Source: the human T2T-CHM13v2.0 reference genome, Homo sapiens. Taken from it: a DNA stretch of 64,000 nucleotides. Shown here one piece after another: positions 1-23,203 of the stretch. Under the pieces are notes generated by a model. The model searched no databases, was not told where the DNA came from, and saw only the letters and a program-made list of their open reading frames with translations. Position numbers and translations under genes: made by a program. The stretch's first letter is position 1; every line of letters begins with the position of its first letter. The stretch is from NCBI RefSeq assembly GCF_009914755.1, contig NC_060927.1, one strand, 5' to 3'.

Positions 1-19
1 GCATGGCAAACTCCACCTA

Positions 20-185
20 GACTTTTCCTCTCTTGCTGTCTTCCTTTATGTTTCATTGATCTTTATGTAGTGACATAATTTGATTACTTTCTCACTTATT
101 TTTGTGTATCCTCTGCTGGTATTTTCTTTGTGGTAACCATGAGGCTTCCATAAAACATCTTATTGTTATAACATATTCTAAACAA
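20..185 (-). mobile_element. Old L1M fragment (ORF1-ORF2 spacer-like)
   Basis: Resembles antisense L1M sequence (ttttctttgtggtaaccatgaggcttccataaaacatctta); approximate boundaries. Confidence 0.45.
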
Positions 186-507
186 ACATCCACTCATATT
201 TTGTTTTTACATATTCAAGAGTGAGGGTAAAATAGAGGCATTTTAAAACAATCAGAGCATGACAGAATTTATCAGTCATACTCTCAGTAAGTGAATCACT
301 GAATTTTTAACAGGAGATAATTGAATGAAAAAAGAAAATAGGTTGAAAGATACCCCTGTGTATAAATAAACTGCCAAACTTTTGGAGCAATCTGAACAAA
401 CACTGATGCTAAGAAAATAAAAAATTGTGGGATATAAAAGCTAGATAAAAATAAAATACCAAAAATAGTACCATGTAAAATGAGAGGGAGTAATAGGAAT
501 TAAAGCC

Positions 508-808
<301 letters not shown>

Positions 809-1994
809 GAATTAAAGCTTTTTAATCTGTGTGTATTGCTCTGGAAAGGACAGAATTATTGATTAAATTAGCCTGCCAATTTAGGTATGCATGTCTTTAT
901 AATGACTGAAGTCTATTTCTCAGGTCATAACCCCAAAAGACACTATTTCTGTTCATTTCCCTTTCCCTACCCTCAGTTCAGGAGTTTAAAAAAGCAGTAA
1001 GATACCAACTACTCTTGTATATCTTTTGTAACAGATAGATTTTGCTGGTAATCTATACCAGCAAACCTGTTTCATGATTATCTTCCTCTTCAGAGAGCTA
1101 TGAGCACTTCACTTATCTTTCTACCAGAAGTTAAATGTTTCCTCTTCATCCATTCTCACCTCTTCTTTTTAAGCTTGATTCAGGATTCAATCTCATTATT
1201 TCAAACCAAGGTAGTAAAATATAATCACTTATGTGTATCTGAATTACCTGGAGAAAACTTGTCAAAATATATAAGCTGGATTCCACATTCACATTCCCGG
1301 ATGCACACATGCAAGAGAACTGAGATGAATACTTACAGGAATGTTTCTAAAAGTTTTTCTCCATCCAACTTATTTTGATGCACAGCCCATAATCATCAAG
1401 TTAAATCTACTTACATATTCTAGGATACCATGAGGCAAGACATAATTTATAACAAGTCTCTATAATTCACTGAGTCTACCCTAAATCATAGTATCCTACA
1501 GTAAAATTCCAATAGATCTTATGTTTAATCTGTAACTTGGTACCTTGCAAAATTCCTTTTTTTCTCATTTCATAGCAATATATGCTTATTATGGGATAAG
1601 AAAAATTTCAAAGAAAATTGGTCTTAATTCTATTTTTTTCATTTTTATTCTAATTTTTCCATTTTTATTCTAATGTGTATGTGTGTATGCACATATACAT
1701 TTTGCTAAAAAAATTACATGTTTTCTTTCTTTTTATATATCAACTTGTTCTTGTCTTTCTTTATGTAATGTTATTTCGTGGCCATTCTCCAATGCCTTTA
1801 TAAAAATCTTCCAACACCTAAATTTTTGTTTTATATTTCATCATATAGGTGTACTGTGACTTATTTACAGTCTACATTGTTGAACATATAATAGTTTTCA
1901 TTCTTTACTAAGATAATGACATGAAGTTCTTCAGTACGAATCTTTGATAACTTTCTTAAAAGAGTTTCAGGAATGGGTTTACTGGGGATAAACA

Positions 1995-2282
1995 TTTTTT
2001 TTTTTTCCAGGCGGAGTTTCGCTCTTGTCACCCAAGCTGGAGTGCAATGGCGCGATCTCGGCTCACTCAGCCTCCGCCTCCCCTGTTCAAGCAATTCTCC
2101 TGCCTCAGCCTCCCGAGTAGTTGGGATTATAGGCACCCACCACCACGCCTGGCTAATTTTTGTATCTTTAGTAGAGACAGGGTTTTGCCATGTTGGTCAG
2201 GCTGGTCTCAAACTCCTGACTTCAGGTAATCCGCCCACCTTGGCCCCCCAAAGTGCTAGGATTACAGCCACCGTGCCCCGCC
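1995..2282 (-). mobile_element. AluS (Sq/Sp-like)
   Basis: Antisense Alu; TSD GGGGATAAACAT at 1984 and 2283; small deletion near the Alu 5' end. Confidence 0.95.
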
Positions 2283-3114
2283 GGGGATAAACATTTTTAA
2301 AGCTCTTCATTTCATGTAGATTATATTAAGGGTCTGTTATTTATGTGAAGTTTATCTCTTTATGGAGAATCACACCACCTCAGAAAATCTACACTCTTTT
2401 ACAGACCATTATGAAATATGTGGTCTCATGATAGAATATTATAATCTTCATAGAGTAGATGGGGTTGCAGAGAAATCAGACATCTGAACTCTTTTCCCTT
2501 TATTACAATTTACTTGCTCTGTGGCCTAAAGCAATTCACTGAACAATTTTGTTAGAAAACTGCCTCGAGGTTCTACGGAGTAAGGAAGAACAGGAAGGTT
2601 ATATTCATGTTCTCTTGAAGATTGGACTGTGGGCTATAACATTCAAGGAGACAAAACAAGATATAAAATTAAGAGCCTAGTCCAACATACAAAAGAAAAC
2701 AAGTGACTATATTACTCCAGGGGCAACATTGCAAAGGATTACATTTAACATATTTGTAGAAGTTTCCAGAAATTGAAACACCGTATTGGCCTTTCATAAG
2801 AAAGCATTTTTTTTCTGTTTAAACTCCTAAAATGTTTCACTTTAACACAGCAAATTCACTTTATAAAGTTAACATTGTTCCATAATTATTTATCTAATTT
2901 TTATATGTATAGGTTATTCCCTTTTTCCTGTTTCTTTCTCAAATGCTCATGTAAATTTAATACAAGAAATGGTTTAGTTATTTTTAAAGCACGGACAATA
3001 ACATGTCTTTTGAACCGACGCTGATTTGGTGAAAGCAGAGAGGAACCTATTTGAAATTAAACATCTGTTGCCATTTTTAATTCTGTAGAAACTTTTGGTA
3101 ATTTATAAAAAAGC

Positions 3115-3830
<716 letters not shown>

Positions 3831-6635
3831 TACAGAAGAACTGTCTAGTAAAATACATCCTGTCGCTATTTACCACCAGGTATCACTTCTCTTTTTGCTG
3901 TAATCCTTAAGAAGTTATTAGAAATCGTTTTATTTGGTGCTTCTATACAGATATTGTGCATAATACTCTCCAAACTAAAACTGATTTGTGAATGAAATTT
4001 AAAGAGAACATAAAAAATCATTCAGTGATTGTGATAGAACCAGAAGGACTGTGAGCCTTCAGGACTTAAGATGTTTGCCACAGAATAACTGAGCAAGACT
4101 TCAAGAAACATGGTACAGAAAAGAGAGTTTCCCTATAGCTCAGACTCACTGTTTGGAGCAGCATTTCCAGGAGAACTGAGCAGAGTGCAGAGTACAAAGG
4201 CCCTGGAATTCTTTCCAAATATCAGTGACTTTCTGATGATGACTTTGATGTCTTTGGAGTGAGGCATGTTACAAGCACAAAGTATTTATTACTAACTTGT
4301 CACAGGAAAAATTATCTCATAGAAAAATTTAAGAGCTGAACGTTAAAAATTTCAACCTAGCCAAACAACATTCTTTGTTTTATGATGAGCAGCCTGCTAA
4401 ATAAAAAAAGAAAAAATAAAATGTCATGAGCAATTAACATCTTTCATGCAGTGTTTCTGTACAAATGTCTATTAAATATTAAGGTGGATCACGACTGGCA
4501 GCTCTCCAGGGCTCTGCAGAGCACACAACACATGCGGATCATCTGTCTGCATCAGCAGAGGCTGCAATTCAGAGATAATCAAGTTCTTCTCCCCAACTCT
4601 ATCTGCAACTATCCATTTCCTTTTCTCTTTTTTTTCCTCCTCCCCATTGAAAATCTAATGTGATGATTTAAAATACACCTTTAAAAAAAAAACCTACACA
4701 TAAAAAGAGAGAAATTAAACTGCACTTAAAGATTTACTATGACAGAATGTAATGTGGGATATGTTTGCTGTTTCTCCTGGTATTTCCTGGGATGAAGCAT
4801 TCAGCTTAAGAAGAAGAGAATTTTATTATCTGTTCAGCAAAGCCTAGAGAGAAGATTAGCCTTCCAGATATAGAACTACAGAAAGCACTGTGGAAGGCTA
4901 GAAGGAAGAAGCACATTCCAGTAGTAATTCACACATACTCTCCCAGAGCAAATTTCCTCACAAATGGCAACAAGATTCTGTTCAAACATTTACTAAATTA
5001 GATGTGCTCTATTTTCTTCCGGATGATTAAGTACTTGGAAGCTAATATTTTATCCTTAAATATTTGCATATAATGATTTCTAAGACATGCATGAGGCATA
5101 TCTGATACTGTATTTAAAGGGTATTCAAAAAGAGACTCTAGAAGAGCTGTGTACCCCAAGAAATATTTCCTGTTCATAATCTTCTTTATGCTTCTAGAGT
5201 GCCTTGCACTTACCACTACTCTTATGTAAATCACACTGTCTGGTGTTTACTTATTTACTCATTTACTCATCTCACCATACTGACAGAGGGCAGAATTTGA
5301 GATTTACTTGTTCTTGTATCTCCATACACTGCCCTGGCAATATCAAGCATTAATAGAATGTTTTTAAGTGATTAAACAATAGCTTATAACCTTGAGGAGT
5401 TGATATTATAGTATTAAATATAATAATAGCATAGGTATTTCATTTTGAAACTAAATCCTATTAAAATGTAATTTAACACGTTGATGTTTCAAGGGTTACA
5501 ACTAAGTGTCTTCTGAAATGATGCTGAAATTATCATTCTTCGAAAGTGAAAACAATTCACATTCCAGATTTTTAATTCAAACGGTTTTATTGTGACATCT
5601 TATAAGAGAAGGAAAAAATATTTCTATTGGTAGTTTGAATCCTATGAATTTAGAAAATATGTTTTTTAAACTCTAGTTAGCCTGAATTCCTAAAGTTTCT
5701 TTGAATTTATAAAACATATTATTATAACCAGATACATATTTGGTTATACATAAACCTACAGTATTTTTCTAATATTTTAGAATTTTTTTCTTAAAAATTA
5801 GGTCAATGTTCAGTGCTAATTATTCAAACTATTCAAAAATTTCTCCTTCTGAGTAAATCCTGCTAAAGTATTTAGGCCATGAGTGCTTTTATCAGAAGGA
5901 ACCCTTTGTGCTTTGAGTTAGCCATTCTCATGATTACTTACCACCCTTAAACGCCTAAGAAATCAAGATAAAATCAGCAAGAATTGATATACGTGCCTAT
6001 AACTACCATGTGCCAGGAACTGGCAGTGTCGTTTACATGAATGTGTTATTCAGAAGAGCTGCCTCTTGGTTTCTGATTTCTGGCATCCAAAGTAGAATTT
6101 GATTACACACAATACTCAGTATCTCAAAGCTGTCATTTGATTTCTCAGCTCTAGTAGCTTTGTAGGTAGGTGGATAATGTTTATTCTGCACCCTTGAGAA
6201 GAGTTATCATTTTAAAGTAATACAAAAACAATTCAAGAAGCAGTGCAAACCATTTTAAAAGTAATGGTCTGCGATGCCACCAGAACGGGTGGATTCTAAT
6301 CTTGGTCTGTTGGTACCTAACTGTGTGGTGTTTGGCTAATCTCTCACCTCTCTGTGTCACAACTCACTTCCTCATAAACAGAGAGGGTTCTAGGATTTAC
6401 TCACTCATTCCAGGTAGTTACTGTGCACTGACCATATGCAAGACATTATGGTAAACTTCACAGATGATGCAAGTAGTCTTCAAATTGCTAATAGAAATAA
6501 CTAGTTCTTTTAGAAGTTGAGTTAGAAGTTACTGAATTGAAATAGATGTAGTTACTTCCAGAGACCCAGAAATTACTAAATCTTGTCCTGCCAATCACCT
6601 ATTCTTTCTAAGCCATTCCCGAGGGAATTACGCAT

Positions 6636-7000
6636 ACATTTATTGACTGGTGTATATTGAACCATCCCTGTATCCCTGGAATGAAACCAACTAGATCATG
6701 GTGAATTATATTTTTGATGTGCTGTTGGATTTGGTTAGCTAGTAATTTGTTGAGAATTTTTGCATCTATGTTAATCAGGGATATTCGTCTGTCTGGGTTT
6801 TTTTTTTTTTGTTGTTAGGTCCTTTCCTGGCTTTGGTATCAGAGTGATATTGGCTTCACAAAATGAGTTAGGGAGGATTCTCTCTTTCTCAATATTTTGT
6901 AATAGTTTCAATAGGACTGGCACCTACTAAAACTATCGAATGTCTGGTAGAACTCAGCTGTGAATCTATCTGGCCACGGGCTTTTTATTGTTGTTGGCAA
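6636..7000 (-). mobile_element. L1 ORF2 segment, inverted (KSPGPDGF to GWFNI region)
   Basis: Reverse complement matches L1 ORF2 just upstream of and into the RT domain; abuts the plus-strand L1 3' end at 7001. Confidence 0.85.
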
Positions 7001-7842
7001 TAAATAGTCCCATCAAAAAGTGGGCAAATGACATGGATAGACATTGTTCAAAAGAAGACATACAAATGGCAAAGAAACATTTAAAAATGCTCAACATCAC
7101 TAGTCATCAGGGAAACACAAATTAAAACCACAATGATATATCATCTTACCCTAGCCAGAATGGCCATTACTAAAAAGTCAAAGAACAATAGCTGTTGGTG
7201 TGGATATGGTGAAAAGGAAAAGCTTATACACTGTTTGGGAGAATATAAATTAGCCCAACCCCTGTAGCAAGCAGTATGAAGATTTCTCAGAGAAGTAAAA
7301 GTAGATCTTCCATTTGATGGACAAATCCTACTACTGGCTATATACCCAAAGGAAAAGTCATTATTATCAAAAAGACACCTGCAAGCATAAGTTTATACTG
7401 CACAATTCACAACTGTAAGGATATGGAACCAATCTAAGTGCCGATCAACCAGTGAGTGAATAAAGAAAATGTGGTATACATACAGCATGGAATACTACTC
7501 ATCCATAAAAAAGAATGAAATAATGTATTTTGCAGCAACTTGGTTGGAGCTGGAGGTCATTATTATAAGTGAAATAACTCAGTATTGGAAAACCAAATAC
7601 CGTATGTTCTCACTTATAAGTGAGGGCTAAGTTATGGGTACACAAAGGCATACAGAGTGATATAATGGACATTGGAGCCTCAGAAAAGGGGGGACAGATT
7701 AACAAAAACAACATACTGGGTATAATGTACACTACTCAGGTGACGGGTACACTAAAATCTCAGACTTCATCACTATAACATTCATCCATGTAACCAGAAA
7801 CCACTTGTACCCCAAAAGCTATTGAAATTTTCTTTTAAAAAT
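7001..7842 (+). mobile_element. L1PB-like 3' end
   Basis: cccatcaaaaagtgggcaaatgacatgg (PIKKWA) through an L1PB-type 3'UTR (cacaaaggcatacagagtg...ccacttgtaccccaaaagctattgaaat). Confidence 0.85.
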
Positions 7843-9856
7843 GAAAGAAACTGAGTCAACAGCTAATAAACAGAAAATCTCAGACTGGAACCAAGGATTT
7901 GAATCTAAGGCATGTTTTCTTAATACTATCCCCTAAAACAGTATAAGGAACCAGATATCACTTTTGAAATTGATGCTGTTAATCCCAAACAAATACCATT
8001 ACCTTCAAAATTGCCTCCAGCAATAGAATAGATACAGAATAGATATGTTGTACTTATAAAGACCAATGTTGTTTCCCTCCTCTAGTTTGCTTTGGAACTC
8101 TCAGGCTGCTAAAACAAGATGCCTATTCTTTGCCATCAGCCTGCACCACACACTGCCTAGAATGGTGACAAATAGAATCCTCTGCTCTCATCTTTGTTTA
8201 GAAATCTGTCCCTTTTTCTATATTGTATCTAGAGAGGATCAAAAGACTGCCTGTGTTTTGTGCATCTTCATGAGTGTGTGTTCTCTGTGAAAAGGCATAT
8301 TCATATGAAAAAGAAAAAAAACTTCTCGAAATACTCTTTCAACAACATGACAGTTCTAACTCCATTAATTGTAATCTACATGCTACGAGGAAGAATGGCA
8401 TCAAACATGTCAGTTTGGTTTATAGAATGGACCCTGCCTCAATGACCTGTCCCCTATAATCACAAAGGTGGTGATAATTAAACAGAGAGTAAAAGACTGA
8501 AAATAGCAAGAACTGACTTAAATCCATTATTCCACCCTGCTATTAGAAGAGAATTGAGCACAACTGTCTGCGTTGTAACACAGTGGTCCACCCACTTGTC
8601 AAATATGACTCAATGCATAGTCTTCTCTCATGAGGTTGGATATAAGAAGAGGTAAACAGAAATAGAAGCTTCTAAGTACATAGAGAAGAATGGAAGTATT
8701 TCTTTCCCACATGTACAAATGAAGTATTCTTTCTCTTTCAAAGATAGTTCCTTTTATCTTCAAAACAGTAGCATCATAATGAGTAAAAAGATATTAGTTT
8801 TCCTGATTTCCATATGACACAATTGTGGAAGATGTTTCCAAATACCTTAGTTCAAGACATACATGCCCTGTTACATAAGCCAGAATACACTTTACCCATA
8901 ATTCCTAAGACAGGTCCAATATTAATTCATGTATGTTATTTATTTAAAGCAATGGAGATTTATAAAGAGTCTGTTTCAATATAGATTCTTCTCTCATTGA
9001 TATATTCAGCATAGCTAATAGACACTAATAAAATTGATAAATCCTAATATGCTTGCCCCTTTATTTTATATTTGAGAATCTTCTTCCAGAATTTCACGGT
9101 GGATTTGGAGTTTGTGTGATTCAACTCCAACCAGAAACTTTATTTGTGATTATATATGATGATTACCCATCATACAATAGAGCAGATTACAACTGAAGAA
9201 AGAAGAAACAAGAATGTCCACTGTTACTTAATTTTATATTACTCCTCTGAAATGCACCACTGTGACCCAAAATAAAAGCCTCAAAGTGAACTGGTTTCCA
9301 AAGTGAAACTTCTAGATTTCCTTCAGATCAATTATTCTCACTCAGCATCTATAGAACCACGGGTGATTTATTAAACTATATTCTGTCACCCAAGCTATCA
9401 CATTGCCAATTTAGAATTCTTTTATACAAAAACTGTTCAATTTAGCAGTTATAAATTTTCTAAAGATATTAATGACTGTAAATGTGGCTAGATTGTCAGT
9501 GGATGTACAATATTGTGCACAATTAAGGATAACCCAATACTGGAAAAAGTATTTTTTTCAACACTTAGTTGACTCAGAATTGGACTCATGTACCAGGTAA
9601 GAACAAGCACGCAGGCATCATATTTTCCTTTATAAGTGAGAGAGTACATAAAACATTTCAGGGATATTTTTCCACTGTCTCCTAAAGGAGAATAGACTAT
9701 TTTTGTGTCCACCACAGCCTCTAGTCTTCCTGGTGGCTGGAATATTTATCCAAAGGACCAAGCTAAAACCTAAATGACATCCTTAATTCCTCTATCTCCT
9801 TCATGACTCACATCCAACTGATTAACTCCCCTTCTGCCACATACATGTGCTCATAG

Positions 9857-9914
9857 ACACACACAGACACAAACACACACACACACACACACACACACTC
9901 TCTCTCTTTCTCTC
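9857..9914. repeat. (CA)n(CT)n compound microsatellite
   Basis: Directly visible. Confidence 0.95.
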
Positions 9915-10334
9915 TTCCATCCTCCGCCACTGCAACTCATTCCCTCATCATCTTGTTTTATCATCCCAAATAATTTCTTAACAACTTCACTATAGTGTAC
10001 CAAATAATATGCTAGTTACTAGGTACATTAAAAAAATAAAATAAAAAGCACAAATCAAATATTTCTCATTGATCACAGCTATATGTGAAAAGAGATGCAT
10101 AATCAAACAATTAGATTCGAATGTTAAATATACTAAAAGCATGTATGAAGAGAAAACCAATTTTCATTGAGGGAGTCGGATGTGTATATGTGGCTCTGAT
10201 GGCCTAGACTAAGAAGTGGATGACGAACAAGGAAGGGCATGTCAATGAAAGGGAACAGCATGTACAAGGAAATGAGATGCTGAAGATCAAGGCATATTGA
10301 GAAATATTTGAGTAGTTCAATGTTTCTGAAAACC

Positions 10335-12372
10335 CCAGGCTGTGGGCAGCATACTGGTTGCACACTCACAGCATCACTGTTCTGCCTGGGGATCCTCCAC
10401 CATTGACCCACTGCATCAACAGACCACCTGCAGCCATACCCAACAATGCACGCACTCTGACTCCTGCAAGCACAGGGAACTGGTGAATCACTGGAGAGTC
10501 ACGGGCCTCCTGGCAACCTAACCTTCAGCACGAACCACCCCTAGGGAAAGAGGGGATGCAGCCCACCAAAGTCCCCTTTGGGGCAAAGAAAACTTAGCAC
10601 AGTGGTGCAGTTGAAGAGGATAGCACCAAGGCCTAGGAACAGACTGGGAGAGGGAGTCATCTCTTGCCCCGCTCCCCAGAGCACTGAAATACAAAAGGAA
10701 GGGTGAGTGCAGGTAAAAGCCTATTGGCTGGCCCTCTCTTATGCACCATCTACTGAGCTGCAGCCTAAATTACACCACCAAACAAAAATACATTGTTTCA
10801 GCATACAACACCTGTGAAACCCACTGCAGAACCCTATCTACTACCATGGAAACCATACAGAGCCTTGGCCCTCTGCAAGTACCCAGAAGCAAAGCCAATG
10901 GACTAAATAAAACATACACCACAGTCAAACCCTTAAGGGAAAAAAAGAGTATAAAAACAAACAACCCCATCCAAACAACAGCAAATTCCAAAAGAAAAAG
11001 AAGTGACTGCTCTCTCAGATGGGAAGGAATCAGAGCAAGAACTCAGGCAATTCAAAAAGCCAGAGCATTTAATCATGTCCAAAGGATCACACTAGATTCC
11101 TAGTAATGGATGCTAACCAGATTGAAATGTCTGAAGTGACAGACATGGAATTCAGAATCTGGATGGCAAAGAAGCAATGAGATCCATGAGAAAGTTGAAA
11201 TCCAATCCAATAAAGCCAGAAAAGCCATCCAAGATTTGAAAGACCACATAGTTATATTAAGAAAGAACGAAACAGAGCTTCAGGAATTGAAAAAATCACT
11301 ATAGTTATTTCAAAATACAGTTTAAAGCCTTAATAGCAGACTAGACCAAGCAGAGGAAAGAATTCCAGAGCTCAAAGATCAGTCCTTCAAATCAACCCAG
11401 TCAGGCAACAACAACACAAAAAAAAGAATTTTAAAAAATGATCAAAGCATCCAAGAAATATGAGATTATGCAAAGTGACCAAACCTGTTACTCATTAGCA
11501 TTCCTGTGAGAGAAGAAGAGAGAGTAAGCAATTTGGAAAACATACTTGAGGATATAATCTATGAAAATGTCCCGATCTCATTACAGAGGTTAACATGCAA
11601 ATTCAAGAAACTCAGAGAACTACTGCAAGATATCATACAAGACGACCATCCCCAAGGCACATAGTTATCAGAGTTTCCAAAGCCAATGTGAAAAAAAAAA
11701 AAAAACCTTAAACAAATCAAGAAGAAAAAAACAAACAACCCAATTAAAAAGTAGGCAAAGGACACAAACAGACAGTCATCAAAAGAAGACACACAAGCGG
11801 CCAAAGAGCATATGAAAAAATGCTCAAAGTCACTACTCATCAGAGAAATAAAAATCAAAGCCACAATGCGATACTGTCTCACACAAGACAGAATGTTTAT
11901 AGTTTAAAAAAAAAAACTGTTAGTGAGGCTGCAGAGAAAAGGGAATTCTTATACACTGTTGGTGGGAATGTAAATTAGTTCTGCCCATGTAGAAAGCAGT
12001 GTGGAGATTTCTCAAAGAACTAAAAATAGAACTAGCATTTGATCCAGCAATCCCCTTACTGGGTATATACCCAAAGAAAAATAAATTTTTCTACCCCAAA
12101 AATACCTGCACTCATGTATTTTTCACAACACCATTCACAATAGCAAAGTCATGGAAACAGCCTGGGTGCCCACATAAAGATGGAAACAATAGACAATGGG
12201 GGCTTAGAAAAGAGGGAGAGGAGTACGGACTTAAAAACTTTCTTTTGAGTATGCTGTTCACTATCGGGGTGATGAGATCCATAGAAGCCCAAACTGCAGC
12301 ATCACAAAATATACTCTTCTAACAAACTTGCACATGTACCCTTGAATTTAAAATAAAAATTAAATTTTTAAA
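10335..12372 (+). mobile_element. L1PA15/16-like element with two internal deletions
   Basis: GC-richer 5'UTR-like segment, ORF1 remnant (to about 11700), ORF2 C-terminus ([27 protein letters not shown] 11999-12322) and L1PA15/16-type 3'UTR with A-rich tail. Confidence 0.8.
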
Positions 12373-12374
12373 AA

Positions 12375-14742
<2,368 letters not shown>

Positions 14743-14749
14743 AAAAGAA

Positions 14750-16400
<1,651 letters not shown>

Positions 16401-16814
16401 TCTTGACCTCTCTCCACAGAGTCAAGGAAGTCTCTAGATGTGGGACATTCATCCTGGTGCCAATTATACTTAAATTCTTAGTGAGGCATGGTTTTAGTCA
16501 TAATGCAAGTGTTCACCTTTGAGCCCTATTAGTGTAAAGGAAAACTTACAGCAATTGTTCTGACTCATTCTTTATCATTTCTGTAGTTTGAGATATCTAG
16601 GGAAACCAAAAATGGACATTGGTTAATGTCCATTCCATCTCTCACAGCCCTCTACAATCTTGATCTTTACCCCATTACTAGGAAGTTTAGGGAAGAGGTA
16701 ACAGAAAGAGTATCAGAAATGGAGTAAAAGTATCTTTGTGCGTGTTATTTGACCCTTCAAAAATAATTTAAAGTAAAATATTTTAGCATTTTAGGCTGCA
16801 TCAAAATATCATGT

Positions 16815-18213
16815 GGAACCTCAAAATACTAAGGGGTATCTATGACAAACCCACAGCCAACATCATACTGAATGGGCAAAAGCTGGAGGCATTCACCTTG
16901 AAAACTGACATAAGACAAGGATGCCCTCTCTTAATGCTTCTATTCAACATAGTATTGGAAGTCCTGGCTGTGACAATCAGACAAAAGAAAGAAATACAGG
17001 ACCTCCAAATAGGAAGGGAGGAAGTTCAACTATCCCTGTTAGGAGACGACATGATCCTATATCTAGAAAACCCCACAGTATCATCTCAAAAGCTTCTTAA
17101 GCTGATAAACAACTTCAGCAAAGTCTTGGGATATAAAATCAGCATGCAAAAATCACTAGCGCTCCTATACGCCAACAACAATCAAGCTGAGAGCCAAATT
17201 AGGAACAAACTCCCATTCACAATTGTCATAAGAAGAATAAAATACCTAGGAATATAGCTAACTAGGGAGGGGAAAGATCTACAAAGAAAACTATAAAACA
17301 CTGCTCAAGGGAATCAGAGATGACATAAACAAATGAGAAAACATTCCATGTTCTGTATAGGAAGAATCAATATCATTAAAATGGCATACTGCCCAAAGCA
17401 ATTGATAGATTCAATGCTATTCCTATTAAACTGCCATGAAGATTCTCCATAGAACTAGAAAAAACTGTTTTAAAATTCATATGAAACCAAAAAAGAGCCC
17501 AAGTAGCCAAGGCAATCCTATGCAAAAAGAACAAGGCTGGCAGCATCACGTTGCCTGACTTCAAACTATTTTACAGAGCTACAGTAACCAAAACAGTATG
17601 GTACTGGTACAAAAAAAGACACATAGACCAATGGAACAGAACAGAGAACCCAGAAATAAGACCACACACCTACAACCATATGATCTTCAACAAACCTGAT
17701 AAAACAAGTAATGGGGAAAGTATTCCCTACTCAATAAATGGTGTTGGGATAACTGGCTAGTCATATGCAGATTAAAACTGGACCACTCCTTTATATCATA
17801 TACAAAAATTAACTCAAGGTGGATTAAAGGCTGAAATGTAAAACCCAAAACTACAAAAACCCTGGAAGACAACCTAGACTATACCATTCAGGACATAGGC
17901 ACAGGCAAAGATTTCAAGATGAAGATGCCAAAAACAATTACAACGAAACCAAAAATTGACAAATGGGATCTAATTAAACTAAAGAGCTTCTGCATAGCAA
18001 AATAAATTATCAATAGAGTAAACAGACAAACTACCAAATGGGAGAAAATTTTTGCAAACTATGCATCCAACAAAGTCTAATATACAGCATCTATACGTAG
18101 CTTAAATTTACAAGAAAAAAATAACCCCATTAAGAAAGAGGGCAAAGGACATAAACAGATACCTTTCAAAAGAAGACATACATGCAGCCAACAATCATAT
18201 GAAAAAAAGTTCA
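16815..18213 (+). mobile_element. L1PA13-like element, 5'-truncated, left part (ORF2 RT to C-terminal region)
   Basis: ORF 16811-17257 [19 protein letters not shown]...[11 protein letters not shown]; the sequence resumes at 22444 after the nested L1. Confidence 0.9.
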
Positions 18214-22443
<4,230 letters not shown>

Positions 22444-23203
22444 AAAAAAAGCTCAACATTACTAATCATTAGAAAAATGCAAATCAAAACCACAATGAGA
22501 TATCATCTCACACCAGTCAGAATGGCTATTAGTAAAAAGTGAAAAAAATAGCAGACGCTGGCAAGGTTGCAGAGAAAAAGTAACACTTATACACTGTTGG
22601 TAGGAGTGTAAATTAGTTCAACCATTGTAGAAGATAGTGTGGTGATTCCTCAAAGACCTAAAGAAGAAATGCTTTTGATACAGCAATCCCATTACAAAGG
22701 AATATAAATCATTCTATTATAAAGATAGAAGCACACGTATGTTCACTGCAGCACTATTCACAATAGCAAAGACCTGGAATCAACTCAAATGTTTATTAAT
22801 GGTAGACTGGTTAAAGAAATTGTGGTACATACACACCATGGGATACTATGCAGCCATAGAAAAGAAAAAGATCATGTCTTTTCAGAGACATGGATGGCGC
22901 TGGAGGCCATTATCCTTAGGAAACTAACACAGGAACAGAAAACCAAATACCACACGTTCTTACTTACAAATGGGAGCTAAATAATGAGAACACATGGGCA
23001 CATAGAGAGGAACAACACACACTAGGGCCAAGTGGAGGATGGAGGCAGAGAGGAAGGAGAGGATTAGGAAAAATAACTAATGAGTACTAGGCTTAATACC
23101 TGGGCGATGAAATAACCTGTACAACAAACCCACATGACACAAGTTTACCTATGTAGCAAACCTACACATATAAACCTGAACTTAAAATAAGAGTTTAAAA
23201 AAA
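22444..23203 (+). mobile_element. L1PA13-like element, right part (ORF2 end and 3'UTR)
   Basis: Resumes gctcaacattactaatcattag; 3'UTR gaaaaataactaatgagtactaggcttaatacctggg...cttaaaataagagttt; partial TSD CATGTGG at 16810-16816 and 23206-23212. Confidence 0.88.
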
